NCBI GenBank assembly: GCA_020184695.1
Contig: JAANOX010000261.1
Coordinates: 124,001 to 188,000 of the forward strand
Length of the DNA: 64,000 bases
Reading direction: 5' to 3'
Source of the DNA: Histomonas meleagridis 2922-C6/04-290x
Taxonomy: Eukaryota > Protista > Parabasalia
This document shows positions 34,914 to 46,006 of the stretch, piece after piece; within the stretch, counting starts at the first letter, position 1, and every line of letters begins with the position of its first letter. The notes beneath the pieces were generated by a model. It saw only the letters and a program-made list of their open reading frames with translations, was not told where the DNA came from and searched no databases. Both the position numbers and the translations under genes were made by a program.

Positions 34914-35672
34914 TTGGTTGACTCTGTCAATTCAAGGCAAATAGTAGCACTTTTGTGTGTACAAAATCATTCGACATTTGAAAAAGCATATGAAACAGCA
35001 ATTAAATTTCATCGAAATGATATCTTTAAATATATTTATGAAAATGAAAATATATCAAATGCTGATGAAAAAATCAATGATTTAGCATGCATTAATGAGG
35101 ATAATTATGAAATTTTAACATTTTTAGAAGAAAAAGGAATTAATGTTAATGCTGATAATATAAGCGAATCAGCAAGAAATGGAAATTTATATCTCTTGGA
35201 GTATTTTCTTCAAAATAATCAAATTCCGAAAGATATTTTATTATTTGCTTCAGAATCAGGAAATATTGAACTTGTGAAATATGTTTTAGAGCAAAAAGGA
35301 ATTGATGTTAATGCGACAAATATTCATTTTGACAATTTGATATATGTTTTAATAATTTGAAACAGCACTTCATAAAATGCAAAAGATATTTATTTTAATA
35401 ATTTGGAATATGTTTTAATAATTTTATATATGTTTTAATAATATTTGACAGCAATTCAAATTGCACATCAAAATGGTTATACCATCATAGAAAATCTACT
35501 TCTTGAAAAAGGTGCAAAAGAAAATTCTATTTCAGAATCTACTTCTCTGAATGCTACTTCTTGTCTTTCGATAAGTAATGAGAATAGTTTTACAGATAAA
35601 CAAAGCCAACTCGAATTCAAGTGTATAAAGAATACAATAAAAAGGAAAATATCAAAACAAAAGTTAATATAA
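34914..35672 (+). pseudogene. Degenerate ankyrin-repeat gene with two loop insertions and a deleted repeat
   Basis: SARNGN, IPKDILLFASESGNIE, ETALH and LTAIQIAHQNG motifs; inserts at 35322-35358 and 35388-35444. Confidence 0.7.
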
Positions 35673-36000
35673 GCACTCAAACTTATGAAAATCAACAAAG
35701 TCACAAAATATATTGTATAAATATACTCATGGAAGTACATATAAAAATAATGTTATAAAATGACTTGTAAAAAATGTCAATAACATCAAATCATCAATTT
35801 CAACAAGAAATAGAAATGAAGTGTATATTGCTAACAATCAAAATCAACAAATGTTCGCATAAAACAATCGAAAGAAAAGTATCAAAACAAAAGTTGATAT
35901 AACATACAACATATGAAAATCGTCAAAATCACAATATGCATTATAACAAACATACTCACAAAGCAAAATGTAAATACATAAACAAAGAATAATAAAAATG
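35640..36000. repeat. Diverged ~230-bp-period tandem duplication
   Basis: tatcaaaacaaaagtt(a/g)atataa at about 35650 and 35880; gaaaatc..caaa.tcacaa and atactca blocks at about 35687 and 35916. Confidence 0.6.
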
Positions 36001-36049
36001 TGTACTCATAAACAAATAACTTTCCTACAGCGACATGCTTAAGCATACA

Positions 36050-36298
36050 TTAAATAGATATATTAGAATTTACCAAAGTAAATATCATTTCGATGAAATT
36101 CAGTGATGGTTTTATTTTTTGATTAAAATCGATATTTGTTTGTGATGATATTTCTTGAAGTTTTTCTATATCATCATTCCGAATTATTGTTGCTATTTCA
36201 TTTTGATTAACTCCTTCTTTTGTATTATTTCTGATGAAGTGCAAAATCATTTTGTATAAAAGAATCAATATCATCTCTTTTAAAAAAATAAAATCCAA
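36050..36298 (-). pseudogene. Fragment of ankyrin-family N-terminal (DUF3447-like) region
   Basis: NEIATIIRNDDIEKLQEI...IDFNQKIKPS parallels LSDVLRHDDLIRL...VNDRIDPN in the 15-16.8 kb gene. Confidence 0.55.
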
Positions 36299-36321
36299 GA
36301 TTTACATAATAATTTAATGAT

Positions 36322-37634
36322 ATGTTAAAAAAAACTATTTTATTTTTCCTTGAAGATGATACAATTCAAATTCTTGAGCCACAACAAAAGAATTCTGGCA
36401 TCCCGCAAGGCACATTTCTCCGACGACATCGCGCTTGTAAGGATGATGATTCCTATGTCACCATTGCTGATTTTACTGTTGGTGGTGAATTCACATTATA
36501 TGGCCGTATATTTTTTATTTCAAGTTGTGATGACATAACACGTGAATTCATGGAAAAGCTCAATCGTCCAATGGGAGATCTTTCCACAGTTCCTGATGAT
36601 CCATACATTCAAAAACGTACGTTAAATGAATATGCCGAAACACATCGCCAACGCGGAGTTGTCAAACCCGAAATGTTAAAGCTTCGACAGTTCTTAGCTA
36701 ATGATGGTCATGTCTTACGATTTTATGCATATTGGTATTACCATTAAGTGAAAATGATCCACGTTTTTTGTCTGCTGATCATTACTATCGTCCATTAGAT
36801 CTTAAGATTGGGTACACGATAAACATATTAAATCGTCCTATGTTTATCTATGACTGTGATCCATATACACGTAATTGGTATAAACAAAACTATGGATTCA
36901 CTGATAAAGAGATGGAAAAGATTGAGACTCCTCAAACGAAAACTAAAGCGACAGTTAAAATGGAAATTCCACCACCATCATTAATTGGTAATGATGAAGA
37001 TACAATACGTAATGTAATGTCATTACATCCGAAGCCTGCACCTAAAGATCAAGTTAAACTTGTTACGAAAATGGGACAAGTTTTACGTTTCACTGCTAAA
37101 ATGATCACGCGAAATACAGTTGATGCATCATGACGATTTATTATTACGTTCTATTTAAGTGATGATACATTACAAATATTCGAACCACAACAAAGAAATA
37201 GCGGAATCATTGGCGGTAAGTTCTTACAAAGAGCGAAAATGAAGAACATTGATACAAATGAATACTTCAAGGCACAAGACTTCGAAGTAGGGAAAGTGAT
37301 AACTGTTAATAACATTAAGTTCCAATTGCTCGAAGCAACTGAATACGCGTTGTCGTACATGGAGGCGGACCCTGATAACTTCCCTCAGGCGGATTTGTTC
37401 GAAATCGTGAACAAGTTAAGGGCTGCGATTAGAGAGTCAGGGAAAATGCCTAAGAATTTGTTTAATAGATATAGCGCTGGAGGAAGAATGGACGTCGAAG
37501 GACTCCTCGATTTGGCAAAGGATGTAAGTTGTACAATGTCGTATCATGAGGCAGTAACAATAATGAGAAGATATCAAAATGATAATGATACCAAAACTTT
37601 CACATTACGTGAATTCCTTTTGTTCGCACAATAA
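36322..37634 (+). pseudogene. EFHC1/Rib72-like DM10-domain protein, truncated, internally deleted and with a nonsense codon
   Basis: DM10 motifs FFLEDDTIQILEP...SGIPQGTFLRRH, VLRFYAYW, VLRFTAKM...RFIITFYLSDDTLQIFEP...GIIGGKFL and C-terminal EF-hand-like region. Frame break at about 36735 and TGA at about 37131. Confidence 0.8.
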
Positions 37635-38012
37635 ATTTTTTCTGCAAGCGTTCTAAAGACGTTTCTTATTTTAATAATAACTTAATAATTTACATCATCT
37701 GCGAGAAAAAGAAATCAATGAGATCCATCACAAATAAATTTAATAACATCTGACTCATTTAATGCTTTAGAAAACGATGTACAATTTCTATTGTAAAGTT
37801 TTCCTTTGTGGAAAAAAAAAAAAAAAAAAAAAATTATAAATATCAATTTTATTGTAATTTTCTTGTTATTCTCTTTGTATTGATTTTTTCTTGTATATTA
37901 TGAGATTTATTCAACGATGTTAAGCATAACTCCTTTAATTTTTTTTAGTATATTACTTCAGCTTACGTAAAAAATAAATGATTAAAATATAAACACATTT
38001 TATACAAACAAA

Positions 38013-41000
38013 CTAAGTTGGTCTAATTAATTCATTTTTCAGTCTGTTTTCTTCTTTATCTTTATGCTCGATTTCCATTAGCACCTTTTGTACTTCATGT
38101 GAATCCTTTCTTTCGACGATGTCTTTGATTTTCCCGTCATCCAACTGTTCCTTATTTGCCTTTCCGATTAATTCCAATTTTTTAGTGTACGGCATCACTT
38201 GTTTTCTTTTATTATCATCATTCAGATTATCGAATTCTTCCAAATCTTCTTCTTCGCCATTAAAAGATATTTTATTAATTCTCTTTACGAAGTCCATTGC
38301 ATTTACTCTTGAAGATTTAAAAGGCGAATTCTTTGGCAAATTATTTATAATTTTATCATAGTTCGAATCAGACAATAATGACATTGAACTTAATACTGCC
38401 ATTAAATTTTTCTTTTCGATTTCGGACCACATTTTCCTTTGTTCCTCAAGTTTCTTTATCGACAATTGTTGATTCCTTAATATCAAGTTCAAGTGTGACT
38501 TTAATTCTTCATTCTCTGTTTCCTTTAATGCGTTTTCAGTCATTTTCGTTATGTTTAATCTTTGTAACTTTTCCTTTTTAATTCGTTCTTTTTCTTTGTT
38601 AACATTATTTATATTATTTATCGATTTCGTTACTGGTAATGTATAATTCTTTAACAAAAGAATTTGGCGTTTAAGTTGCTTAATTTCTTCATCACGTGAT
38701 ATTAATTCTTTAAAACATATATCTAAACGTGACTTTAAGTTCTCGCAATGGATTTCCGACCGCTTTAAATCATCGATATGTTTTATATTATCGACTTTTA
38801 ATCGATGATTATTTATCATTAAATCATTGACTTTCTCGCGTAACTCAATGATATTCGAATCCTTTTTCTCATTAATTTCTTGTAACTTATGAATTTGATC
38901 TTTTAACTTAGTAATGGCTTTAAGTGCTTCATTCGATGTTGAATTAATAATTTGTTGTTGTCGTAATATTGTTCCTGAAACTGATTGAATCGGTTTCGTC
39001 GTTGTTTGTGCTTCGTTAGGTGGAATTACAATTGGCTTCTTTTCCTTAACAACTTGGTTCTGATGTACAACAAGTGTAATACGTAATGGCGCTGGTGGAT
39101 TCGCTTCGAGTGAGCCGGGAACAAGCGGAGGAACGTCGACATTTTTACTATTTGTTGTTACATGTGCAGGTGACGAAGCATTTGCATTAGTTGTTGTATG
39201 TGCAGGTGACAAAGCATTTGCATTAGTTGTTGCATGTACAGGTGACGAAGTTCTTTCATTATTATTATTATTAATGTTAATGTTTTGCGTATAACTACTT
39301 AATATGTCGGGAAGATTTTCGATGTTTTGTTTTGTTGCTTCTGTTTGATTTTCATAATTTATAAGTTGCATCGATGTACGAAGTGGTTTAATGTTACCAT
39401 GAACACCTCTGATTTGTCGTTGACCTTGTTTGGCGCCACCGATAGTTAATGATTGATCAATATTTTCATTATCTTTATTATTATTTGTATTGTTATGTAA
39501 TGAAGGTGGATGCTTTAAACGTAATTGAGTTTTAGGCGTTTTACTTTGCGGATTTTTATTATCACTAATTGTTGGGATTCGTAACTTCTTCTTTTTGCTC
39601 CATTGAAGTGGCTGATGTACAGTATGAGGAACAATTTCGAAGTTTTGCGGTGTGAGATCATTCATAATCTTTTCGATGTTTGTCGAAAAAGTTTCAAAAC
39701 TTTGATCAAAGTCATCGATTTCTTCTGAGTTATTTATATTATTTAAATTTATTTGTGAGTTTTGTTGTTGAATATCATTTTGTTCTTCTTGTTTTATATT
39801 TATATCTGATGTTATTTCAGTGGATTTATCATTTTGTAATAAATTATTTTCTTCGTTTTGAATTGGTTCAATAATTTCATCGATTTTTTGATTTTTGTTT
39901 TCATTTTCTTCTAATTTATCATTTATTAATTCTTCTTCTTTATCATTTTGTATATTTTGTTGTTTAATTATTTCTTTTTCGAAATTGTTTTGATTTTTTG
40001 TTGATGAATTTTTAGTTTTTCGTGGAGAATTTTCTTTTTGATTTTTTGTTATTGTTTGAACTTCATTAATTTCTTCTTTATCTTTCACAAAATTACATTG
40101 TATACATTTATCAGATGTATCTTTAGAAGGTATTTCATTATCAATTGGATTCTTAAATAACGAATTTTGTATTGACATTTCTTCAATTGTATTTAACGCT
40201 TTTTGATGTTCGTTTTGTAATTTCGTAATTTCTTTTTCTAATTCCATATTACGTGTAACTAATTGTATATTTTGTGCAAGTGTTTTTTCCATTTCTTTGT
40301 TTTGTTCTTGTCCTTTCTTTAAGTCTTGTTCACGTTCATAACGTAATTTCTTTAATTCAACATCATTAAATATTTGTTCAATATCTTTTGAGTTATAATT
40401 TTTCGAATTAATTTCATCGTTTTGTATTAATTCATTAATTTGATTCTTTAGCACTAAAATCGAATCTTCAGCTTTAGTTAAAGAGATTTCGTTATCTTCT
40501 GCTTGTGCTTTATACATATCTCTTTGTGCTTGAGTAGTTTCAATGATTGTTTTCATGTTCGAAATTTGTTCTTTTAATTGTTTGATATCAATTACTTTAT
40601 TATCATTTGTTATGTTATTAAATATCTCATTCATATTATCAAGTTGTGTCTTAAGTGCAGATTCATCAATTTGTTTTATTTCTGTTCGTTCTTTAAGTTT
40701 ATTCATTAATTGAATATTTCGCGTTGTCAACATTTCATTTTTAATTTTTTCTGATTCGATTTCTTGTTGAAGTTTATTTCTTTGTTTTCTAATTCTCTTT
40801 AAATCACTAATTAATTTGTTATTATTATTATTATCATTAATTTCTTCTTCTTGAGGAATTTCAATTGTTGGAATTTGTGTATTGTTTTTAATTCCGGACA
40901 TAAATTCTTTTGAATTTATAATAATTTTATTTATTTCTTCTTCATTTATGTCTTTGTTTTCAATAAGTTTTGTTTCAACTTGCTTTATGTTATTTAATAT

Positions 41001-43961
41001 TTCATCTTTCATAATTAATGAGTTGGAATCTTTAATTAGTCCAAGATTATCTAATACTTCAAATGATGATTCGATCTTTTGAAGGTTTTCAAGTTGTGTA
41101 ATTGATGATGGTATTGTTGGATCATTTCTTTGCGTTGATATTTCATTTATTATTTCTTGTTGGATTTCAATTTCTTGTTTATTCTTTTCGTTTTGTAATA
41201 CAATAAATTGATTCTTCAAATTATCATAATTCGATTTCATTTTATTTAAATATTTAATTAACGTATCGTTCGATGTTAATAAATTTGTAATTTTCGTGTT
41301 TTGTTGATCAAGTTCATTTTTGTTTTGTTTAATTCGTTGAATAAATGAATAATGCGTTTCATCTTTAGGATTTAAATTTGTTATATATGAATCATATCCA
41401 ATAATATTCACATTAATATCATTTAATATTTTGTTTGTGTCTTCGTTATATCCATTAATATAATGATTTAATGATTGTATTAAATGTAATGAACTTGTGT
41501 ATGGATCGCCAGGAATTTCTTTGTAAATAATTTCGGAATTTTTGATTTGATTTGTTTTATCTTTTTCATTATTTGAAACATTTTCACTTTTATTATTATT
41601 TTGTCCTTTTGTTTCTATATTTGTTATTTCATTGTTATTTTGTTGCGTCTGTTCTTTATTTGTAATTGAAACATATGAAACTGTTTCATTGTTATTATTG
41701 TTTTGTTTTTCATTAACATTATTTTGTTTCTGTTCTTCACTTGGAAACGTTACATGTAGTGTTGTTTCATTGTTATTATTTTGTTCTTCGTTTGGAAACG
41801 TAACATGTGGAATAGTTTCATTAACATTATCAATTATTGTTTGCGATGATGTTAAAGATGATTTCGACTGATTTCTTCTATTACGCATTTCTTGTATTTG
41901 TTCTTTATCATATTGTTGATAAATTTTTTGTTGTTTAATTGGTTTAAGTTCTTCAAGTTCAGTATCAACATTTAAAGAAGCAGTGATTTCTGATATTATA
42001 TCACTATGATTTTCTTCTTCTTTTTCAACTTTTTCATTTTTTATTTCTGTTTTTTCTTCTTTTAATTTTGGAATTTCAAGTTGAACTTTTGGCGGCGTAT
42101 TTACAATTATAATTTTAGGTTCCGAATTTTCGACATTTTCTTCATTATTAACTTCAATAACATTTAAATTGGAATATTTCAAAAATATATTTTGATTTTG
42201 TATTTTTTGATATATCAATGGTTCACTTAAAGTAATTTTAGTTGAAATTTGTTCTTTAGTTTCAGGCGTTTGTTTTGTTATAATTATTGTTGGAGGAGGT
42301 TCATATTTATCAGTGATAATTCCAATTTCTGAATAAGAAATCGATTGAACGTTTTGATATTCTTTAATTTCTTTTATAGGAACGACATTAACTTCATTAA
42401 ATATAATACTTTTTGTTAATTTTGTTTTTTTAATTTCATTTTCTTTACTTTGCTTTACATTGTTATTAATATTTTTGTTTTCGTTTTTAAGTGTTTGTAT
42501 TTCATTGCGTAATTCGATGATTTTATTACGTAATTCTTCAATACGTTCATTCGATTCTTTTATAGGAATTGTCGGCTCATTTTCATTTAAATCATTTACG
42601 ACTTCTTCAATAGTATTATTCATTCCTTCGAATGTATTAGAAACGTCGTTAATTAAATCTTCGATTTTATTTTTTGGGTTTTCATCATTTTTCATTTCTA
42701 ACATTTTCTCTTGTATTTCCATTAGTTTTTCTCTCATTTGTTTTTGTGCATCTGTTGCTACTTTTTCTATTTTCTTTTTGTAATATCGTTTTTGATTCTT
42801 TAATGCCCAATTACTTTGTTCTTCCATTTCATCTTTCATTATTTTATATTTCATTGCGTAATCTTCGAATTCTTTAAAATTATCGTTTTTTATAATTTGT
42901 TTTTGAATAATATTATTATCATTTTTATCTTCTTCAACTTCATCATTTTCATTAGTTTCAATTCCTAATTGTTTCTTTAAGTTTTGATTTTCGATTTTTT
43001 TGTTTTGAAGATTATTATTAATTTTAGTGATTTGATTTTCATATTCATTAATTATTTTGTTGTTTTCTTCATTTAACTTTAATACTTTTTCATTAAACTC
43101 ATTCTCAATTTGTATCTTTTTGCTCGTGATCTCTGAGTTTATGTCATCTTTCTTCATTATTAAATCCATTTCATGTTGCGAATTTAACGTTTTAATGCGG
43201 TTTTCATATTGTCGTGTTAATAATGTAACTTTACCGGCCCATTCTTCAATGATGTTTTGTCGCTGTGTTTCAAATTCTTTTTTAAGTTCTTCGATTTGTT
43301 TTTCGGCTTCATCGGAAATTGATTTGATTAACGCTTGGGAATTTCCATCGCCTATTTCTTTTAAGATCCGTTCACGTTCTTGTGATAACTTTTTACGACT
43401 TAACTCTTGAACTTGAAAGATTTCTTGCCGATGAATATTATTGATTTCTCGAATTTCATTTTGATGCTTCATTTGTAATTCATATAGTTCACTTCGATTG
43501 GTCGTTGATTGGTCATTAATGTTTTTGTTCGATGATAACGCTTTGGTCCTTTCATCGACTAAATTTTGTAAATGTTTTTGAATTGATGTACTTAACTCTT
43601 CTTTTTCTTCTTCTGTTTGATTGAGCTTCTTTTGAAGATCTTCACTGATTTCATTCTGCTTTTGGATTTTGTTTTGTAAATCTTGGATTTTTTTCTTTAA
43701 ATCTTCAATTGTAGATTCTTGGATTGATGGTTTAGATTCATTTTTTGGAGTGACAACAGGAAGTGATTGGTCACCACTTGATTTTTCTATGTCTTCCCAA
43801 AATTCATTTTCTTTAGTTTCATTAAAATACCATCCATCAGGAAGTGAAGATTTTGATTTGGCATCTTTCGGATTTGTATTTATTGCTAATGGACGATGCC
43901 TTGCGAGCCCAACCTTGTTAGCTACTGCTGAATTTTGCAACAGTGCTGCAGAGTCGCTCAT
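38013..43961 (-). CDS. Large coiled-coil protein (1982 aa), unknown function
   Basis: Uninterrupted ORF with extensive heptads; internal 12-aa (SPAHTTTNANA) and ~17-aa (HVTFPNEEQNNNNET) repeats. Confidence 0.8.
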   Translation of the reverse strand: MSDSAALLQNSAVANKVGLARHRPLAINTNPKDAKSKSSLPDGWYFNETKENEFWEDIEKSSGDQSLPVVTPKNESKPSIQESTIEDLKKKIQDLQNKIQKQNEISEDLQKKLNQTEEEKEELSTSIQKHLQNLVDERTKALSSNKNINDQSTTNRSELYELQMKHQNEIREINNIHRQEIFQVQELSRKKLSQERERILKEIGDGNSQALIKSISDEAEKQIEELKKEFETQRQNIIEEWAGKVTLLTRQYENRIKTLNSQHEMDLIMKKDDINSEITSKKIQIENEFNEKVLKLNEENNKIINEYENQITKINNNLQNKKIENQNLKKQLGIETNENDEVEEDKNDNNIIQKQIIKNDNFKEFEDYAMKYKIMKDEMEEQSNWALKNQKRYYKKKIEKVATDAQKQMREKLMEIQEKMLEMKNDENPKNKIEDLINDVSNTFEGMNNTIEEVVNDLNENEPTIPIKESNERIEELRNKIIELRNEIQTLKNENKNINNNVKQSKENEIKKTKLTKSIIFNEVNVVPIKEIKEYQNVQSISYSEIGIITDKYEPPPTIIITKQTPETKEQISTKITLSEPLIYQKIQNQNIFLKYSNLNVIEVNNEENVENSEPKIIIVNTPPKVQLEIPKLKEEKTEIKNEKVEKEEENHSDIISEITASLNVDTELEELKPIKQQKIYQQYDKEQIQEMRNRRNQSKSSLTSSQTIIDNVNETIPHVTFPNEEQNNNNETTLHVTFPSEEQKQNNVNEKQNNNNNETVSYVSITNKEQTQQNNNEITNIETKGQNNNKSENVSNNEKDKTNQIKNSEIIYKEIPGDPYTSSLHLIQSLNHYINGYNEDTNKILNDINVNIIGYDSYITNLNPKDETHYSFIQRIKQNKNELDQQNTKITNLLTSNDTLIKYLNKMKSNYDNLKNQFIVLQNEKNKQEIEIQQEIINEISTQRNDPTIPSSITQLENLQKIESSFEVLDNLGLIKDSNSLIMKDEILNNIKQVETKLIENKDINEEEINKIIINSKEFMSGIKNNTQIPTIEIPQEEEINDNNNNNKLISDLKRIRKQRNKLQQEIESEKIKNEMLTTRNIQLMNKLKERTEIKQIDESALKTQLDNMNEIFNNITNDNKVIDIKQLKEQISNMKTIIETTQAQRDMYKAQAEDNEISLTKAEDSILVLKNQINELIQNDEINSKNYNSKDIEQIFNDVELKKLRYEREQDLKKGQEQNKEMEKTLAQNIQLVTRNMELEKEITKLQNEHQKALNTIEEMSIQNSLFKNPIDNEIPSKDTSDKCIQCNFVKDKEEINEVQTITKNQKENSPRKTKNSSTKNQNNFEKEIIKQQNIQNDKEEELINDKLEENENKNQKIDEIIEPIQNEENNLLQNDKSTEITSDINIKQEEQNDIQQQNSQINLNNINNSEEIDDFDQSFETFSTNIEKIMNDLTPQNFEIVPHTVHQPLQWSKKKKLRIPTISDNKNPQSKTPKTQLRLKHPPSLHNNTNNNKDNENIDQSLTIGGAKQGQRQIRGVHGNIKPLRTSMQLINYENQTEATKQNIENLPDILSSYTQNININNNNNERTSSPVHATTNANALSPAHTTTNANASSPAHVTTNSKNVDVPPLVPGSLEANPPAPLRITLVVHQNQVVKEKKPIVIPPNEAQTTTKPIQSVSGTILRQQQIINSTSNEALKAITKLKDQIHKLQEINEKKDSNIIELREKVNDLMINNHRLKVDNIKHIDDLKRSEIHCENLKSRLDICFKELISRDEEIKQLKRQILLLKNYTLPVTKSINNINNVNKEKERIKKEKLQRLNITKMTENALKETENEELKSHLNLILRNQQLSIKKLEEQRKMWSEIEKKNLMAVLSSMSLLSDSNYDKIINNLPKNSPFKSSRVNAMDFVKRINKISFNGEEEDLEEFDNLNDDNKRKQVMPYTKKLELIGKANKEQLDDGKIKDIVERKDSHEVQKVLMEIEHKDKEENRLKNELIRPT

Positions 43962-44136
43962 CCTTGAAAAAAACGATTTTTTTTACATCATTATGTAAAC
44001 AACTGAAATAATTTTTAAAAATTTTAAACGTCTTCAATTCTTGTTTTGTGTTGCTTTAATAGTAACCAAAACAGTATGTTTAAACATTAAAAACAAAACT
44101 CAAAAAAAAATTTCGTTGGCTTTATAATAATTACAT

Positions 44137-45000
44137 TTATTGAAATTCGATTGTAACGCCGATTGAATTGCAAAGGAAAATCACTCCTTCTCTAATAATG
44201 TAAGAAGGCCTGTCCGTATAATGAGTTCCCTTTATTACTGCCATTTGTTTGAATCCGGAATATTTGGAAAATAATTCTTTGGTATTTTGAAGTGGTATGG
44301 TAGTGTCATCATCTGCATGTATAAAAAAAGCTGGAGTAAGGCATTCTTCAATTACATCAATTGGGTTCATTGACGTAATATCAAATCCAATTTTTGATAT
44401 GGACCGATCTTTTAATTTTCCTTCAAAATCCCCACCAACTAAAAAAGAAACGTGATGCTCACGTGCTATAGAATTTATGGCATCTGTTAATCTGCTAAAT
44501 GGGGAATCTAAAACTGCTGCTGCAATGTCTTGTTTTTTTGCCATCGTAAAAATTGCTGTGGCTGCACCCATAGATCGCCCCCAAAGCATTATTTTGTGTA
44601 TAGGGAAATTGTTTTGAAGAAATAAAATAAGTTCAATTACATCATTAGATTCATTTTTCCCCATTGTAACATGTTTTCCTTCGCTATTACCACATGCTGC
44701 AAAGTCAAATAAAAATACTGAGATTCCAACTGGAATCATTATTGGAACTAAAAAACGACCTTCTAACTGACAACCGGAATTTCCATGAAGATATATAACA
44801 CAGGGCTCTGACTTGATTGGGTGTTCAGATAAATAAAGTGATCCTATAAGATCTTCTCCTCTAGAATTTCGAAATTTGATGGGTGTTCTATTTATTTTCC
44901 CAAAAGGAGATAAATCATATGAAATAGGCATATCTCTTTCATTGTACACGTATTTTTCTGGATTAATAATATAGCTTAGCGCTATATTTGCAGCAAGCAT
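44137..45000 (-). CDS. Alpha/beta hydrolase (YqkD/ABHD-like)
   Basis: IYLHGNSG, FDFAACGNSEG, nucleophile WGRSMGAA, LDSPF, HADDDTTIP, and GTH catalytic His. Confidence 0.92.
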   Translation of the reverse strand: MLAANIALSYIINPEKYVYNERDMPISYDLSPFGKINRTPIKFRNSRGEDLIGSLYLSEHPIKSEPCVIYLHGNSGCQLEGRFLVPIMIPVGISVFLFDFAACGNSEGKHVTMGKNESNDVIELILFLQNNFPIHKIMLWGRSMGAATAIFTMAKKQDIAAAVLDSPFSRLTDAINSIAREHHVSFLVGGDFEGKLKDRSISKIGFDITSMNPIDVIEECLTPAFFIHADDDTTIPLQNTKELFSKYSGFKQMAVIKGTHYTDRPSYIIREGVIFLCNSIGVTIEFQ

Positions 45001-45556
45001 TTACCCCACCAAGTCAATGATATAGTAAACTATTCAAAAAGATAACCGTATTCTGGGAACCATAGTCATTATGTCCTTCGTTACATTTGTTTTATTTGTA
45101 TCTTCTTTTCTAATTTTATAAACCGATGAATCAAAAATGGCTTTTAAATATATTTCAAAAAAGTCGATTAACATGAAAAATTTTATTCAACAATTTAATG
45201 AAGTATATGAAGACATAAGATTCTAAACCCTAAACAATCATTACACCAAATATGTACAAATATATGAGATCAATATTTCAATATAATACACATGTAAAAA
45301 CAAATGTCATCATGATGAAGATGCAACTGAAATAATAAAAGGATATCATGAAAAGCTCCCGATGAGATTGCGTATGCCAAGAAATACCCCCATCTAAAGG
45401 TGGTTACGCCTAGGACAAGACCTCCACTTTCACGAAAGAGTCCTAAAAGGCCACAAGATCCACCAGAAAGTCATTAAATAAATAAAAAATGACTTACTCC
45501 AATTTTTTTTTTTTTTTTTTTTTTTATTTTTTTTATTTTTTATTTTTTATTTTTTA

Positions 45557-45957
45557 TTAATAATTATTTTCATTTTGAGTGTTTTCTTCTTGAGTTTGTT
45601 GAGTTAATGTATTAGCGTATTGTTGCAATACATTTAATTTACCTAAGTAAGCATTATATTTATTTAAATCATTATTAAATATTTGATTTAACAATTCGGT
45701 TTTAGATATTTGATAAGCTTGATCCAATTGTTCAGGCGTTATATTTTGTAAAGGATTCTTTATAGTAGGATGATATTTTTCATCTATAAATTTATAAATT
45801 TGTTTTCTAAGTAAATTATGATATTTATTATACACAGTTACAGTTACTGTTATTACATTTTTTTATTTTTTACAATAGAAAAGGAAGGTTTAATATTAAT
45901 TGCACTAAAATCACAATCTTTAAATTCTTGTGCAAAGCATGTATAAAGAGCTTCCAT
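45557..45957 (-). CDS. Element hypothetical protein (~133 aa, one homopolymer frameshift)
   Basis: MEALYTCFAQEFKDCDF...KNKK joins VITVTVTVYNKYHNLL at an A7 run; Inr-like TCATT just upstream. Confidence 0.55.
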
Positions 45958-46006
45958 TAAAAAATAATGAAGTGACAGAATGCTTTTTATGAAATTATTT
46001 TAATTT

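Noticed and set aside
15311-35444. U12-type AT-AC splicing of the ankyrin inserts
   Set aside because: The available AC is inside the conserved Thr codon, so splicing there would delete it. There is no ATATCC 5' site or TCCTTAAC branch, and one case has TC instead.
37813-37833. A21 run
   Set aside because: Intergenic homopolymer with no TSD or retroelement body.
45221-45236. ctaaaccctaaac telomere-like seed near the island's left edge
   Set aside because: Under two units; expected by chance in AT-rich DNA.
45128-45476. Degenerate ORF between the hydrolase and element 1
   Set aside because: Several stops and shifts and no recognisable motif; cannot be assigned to host or element.
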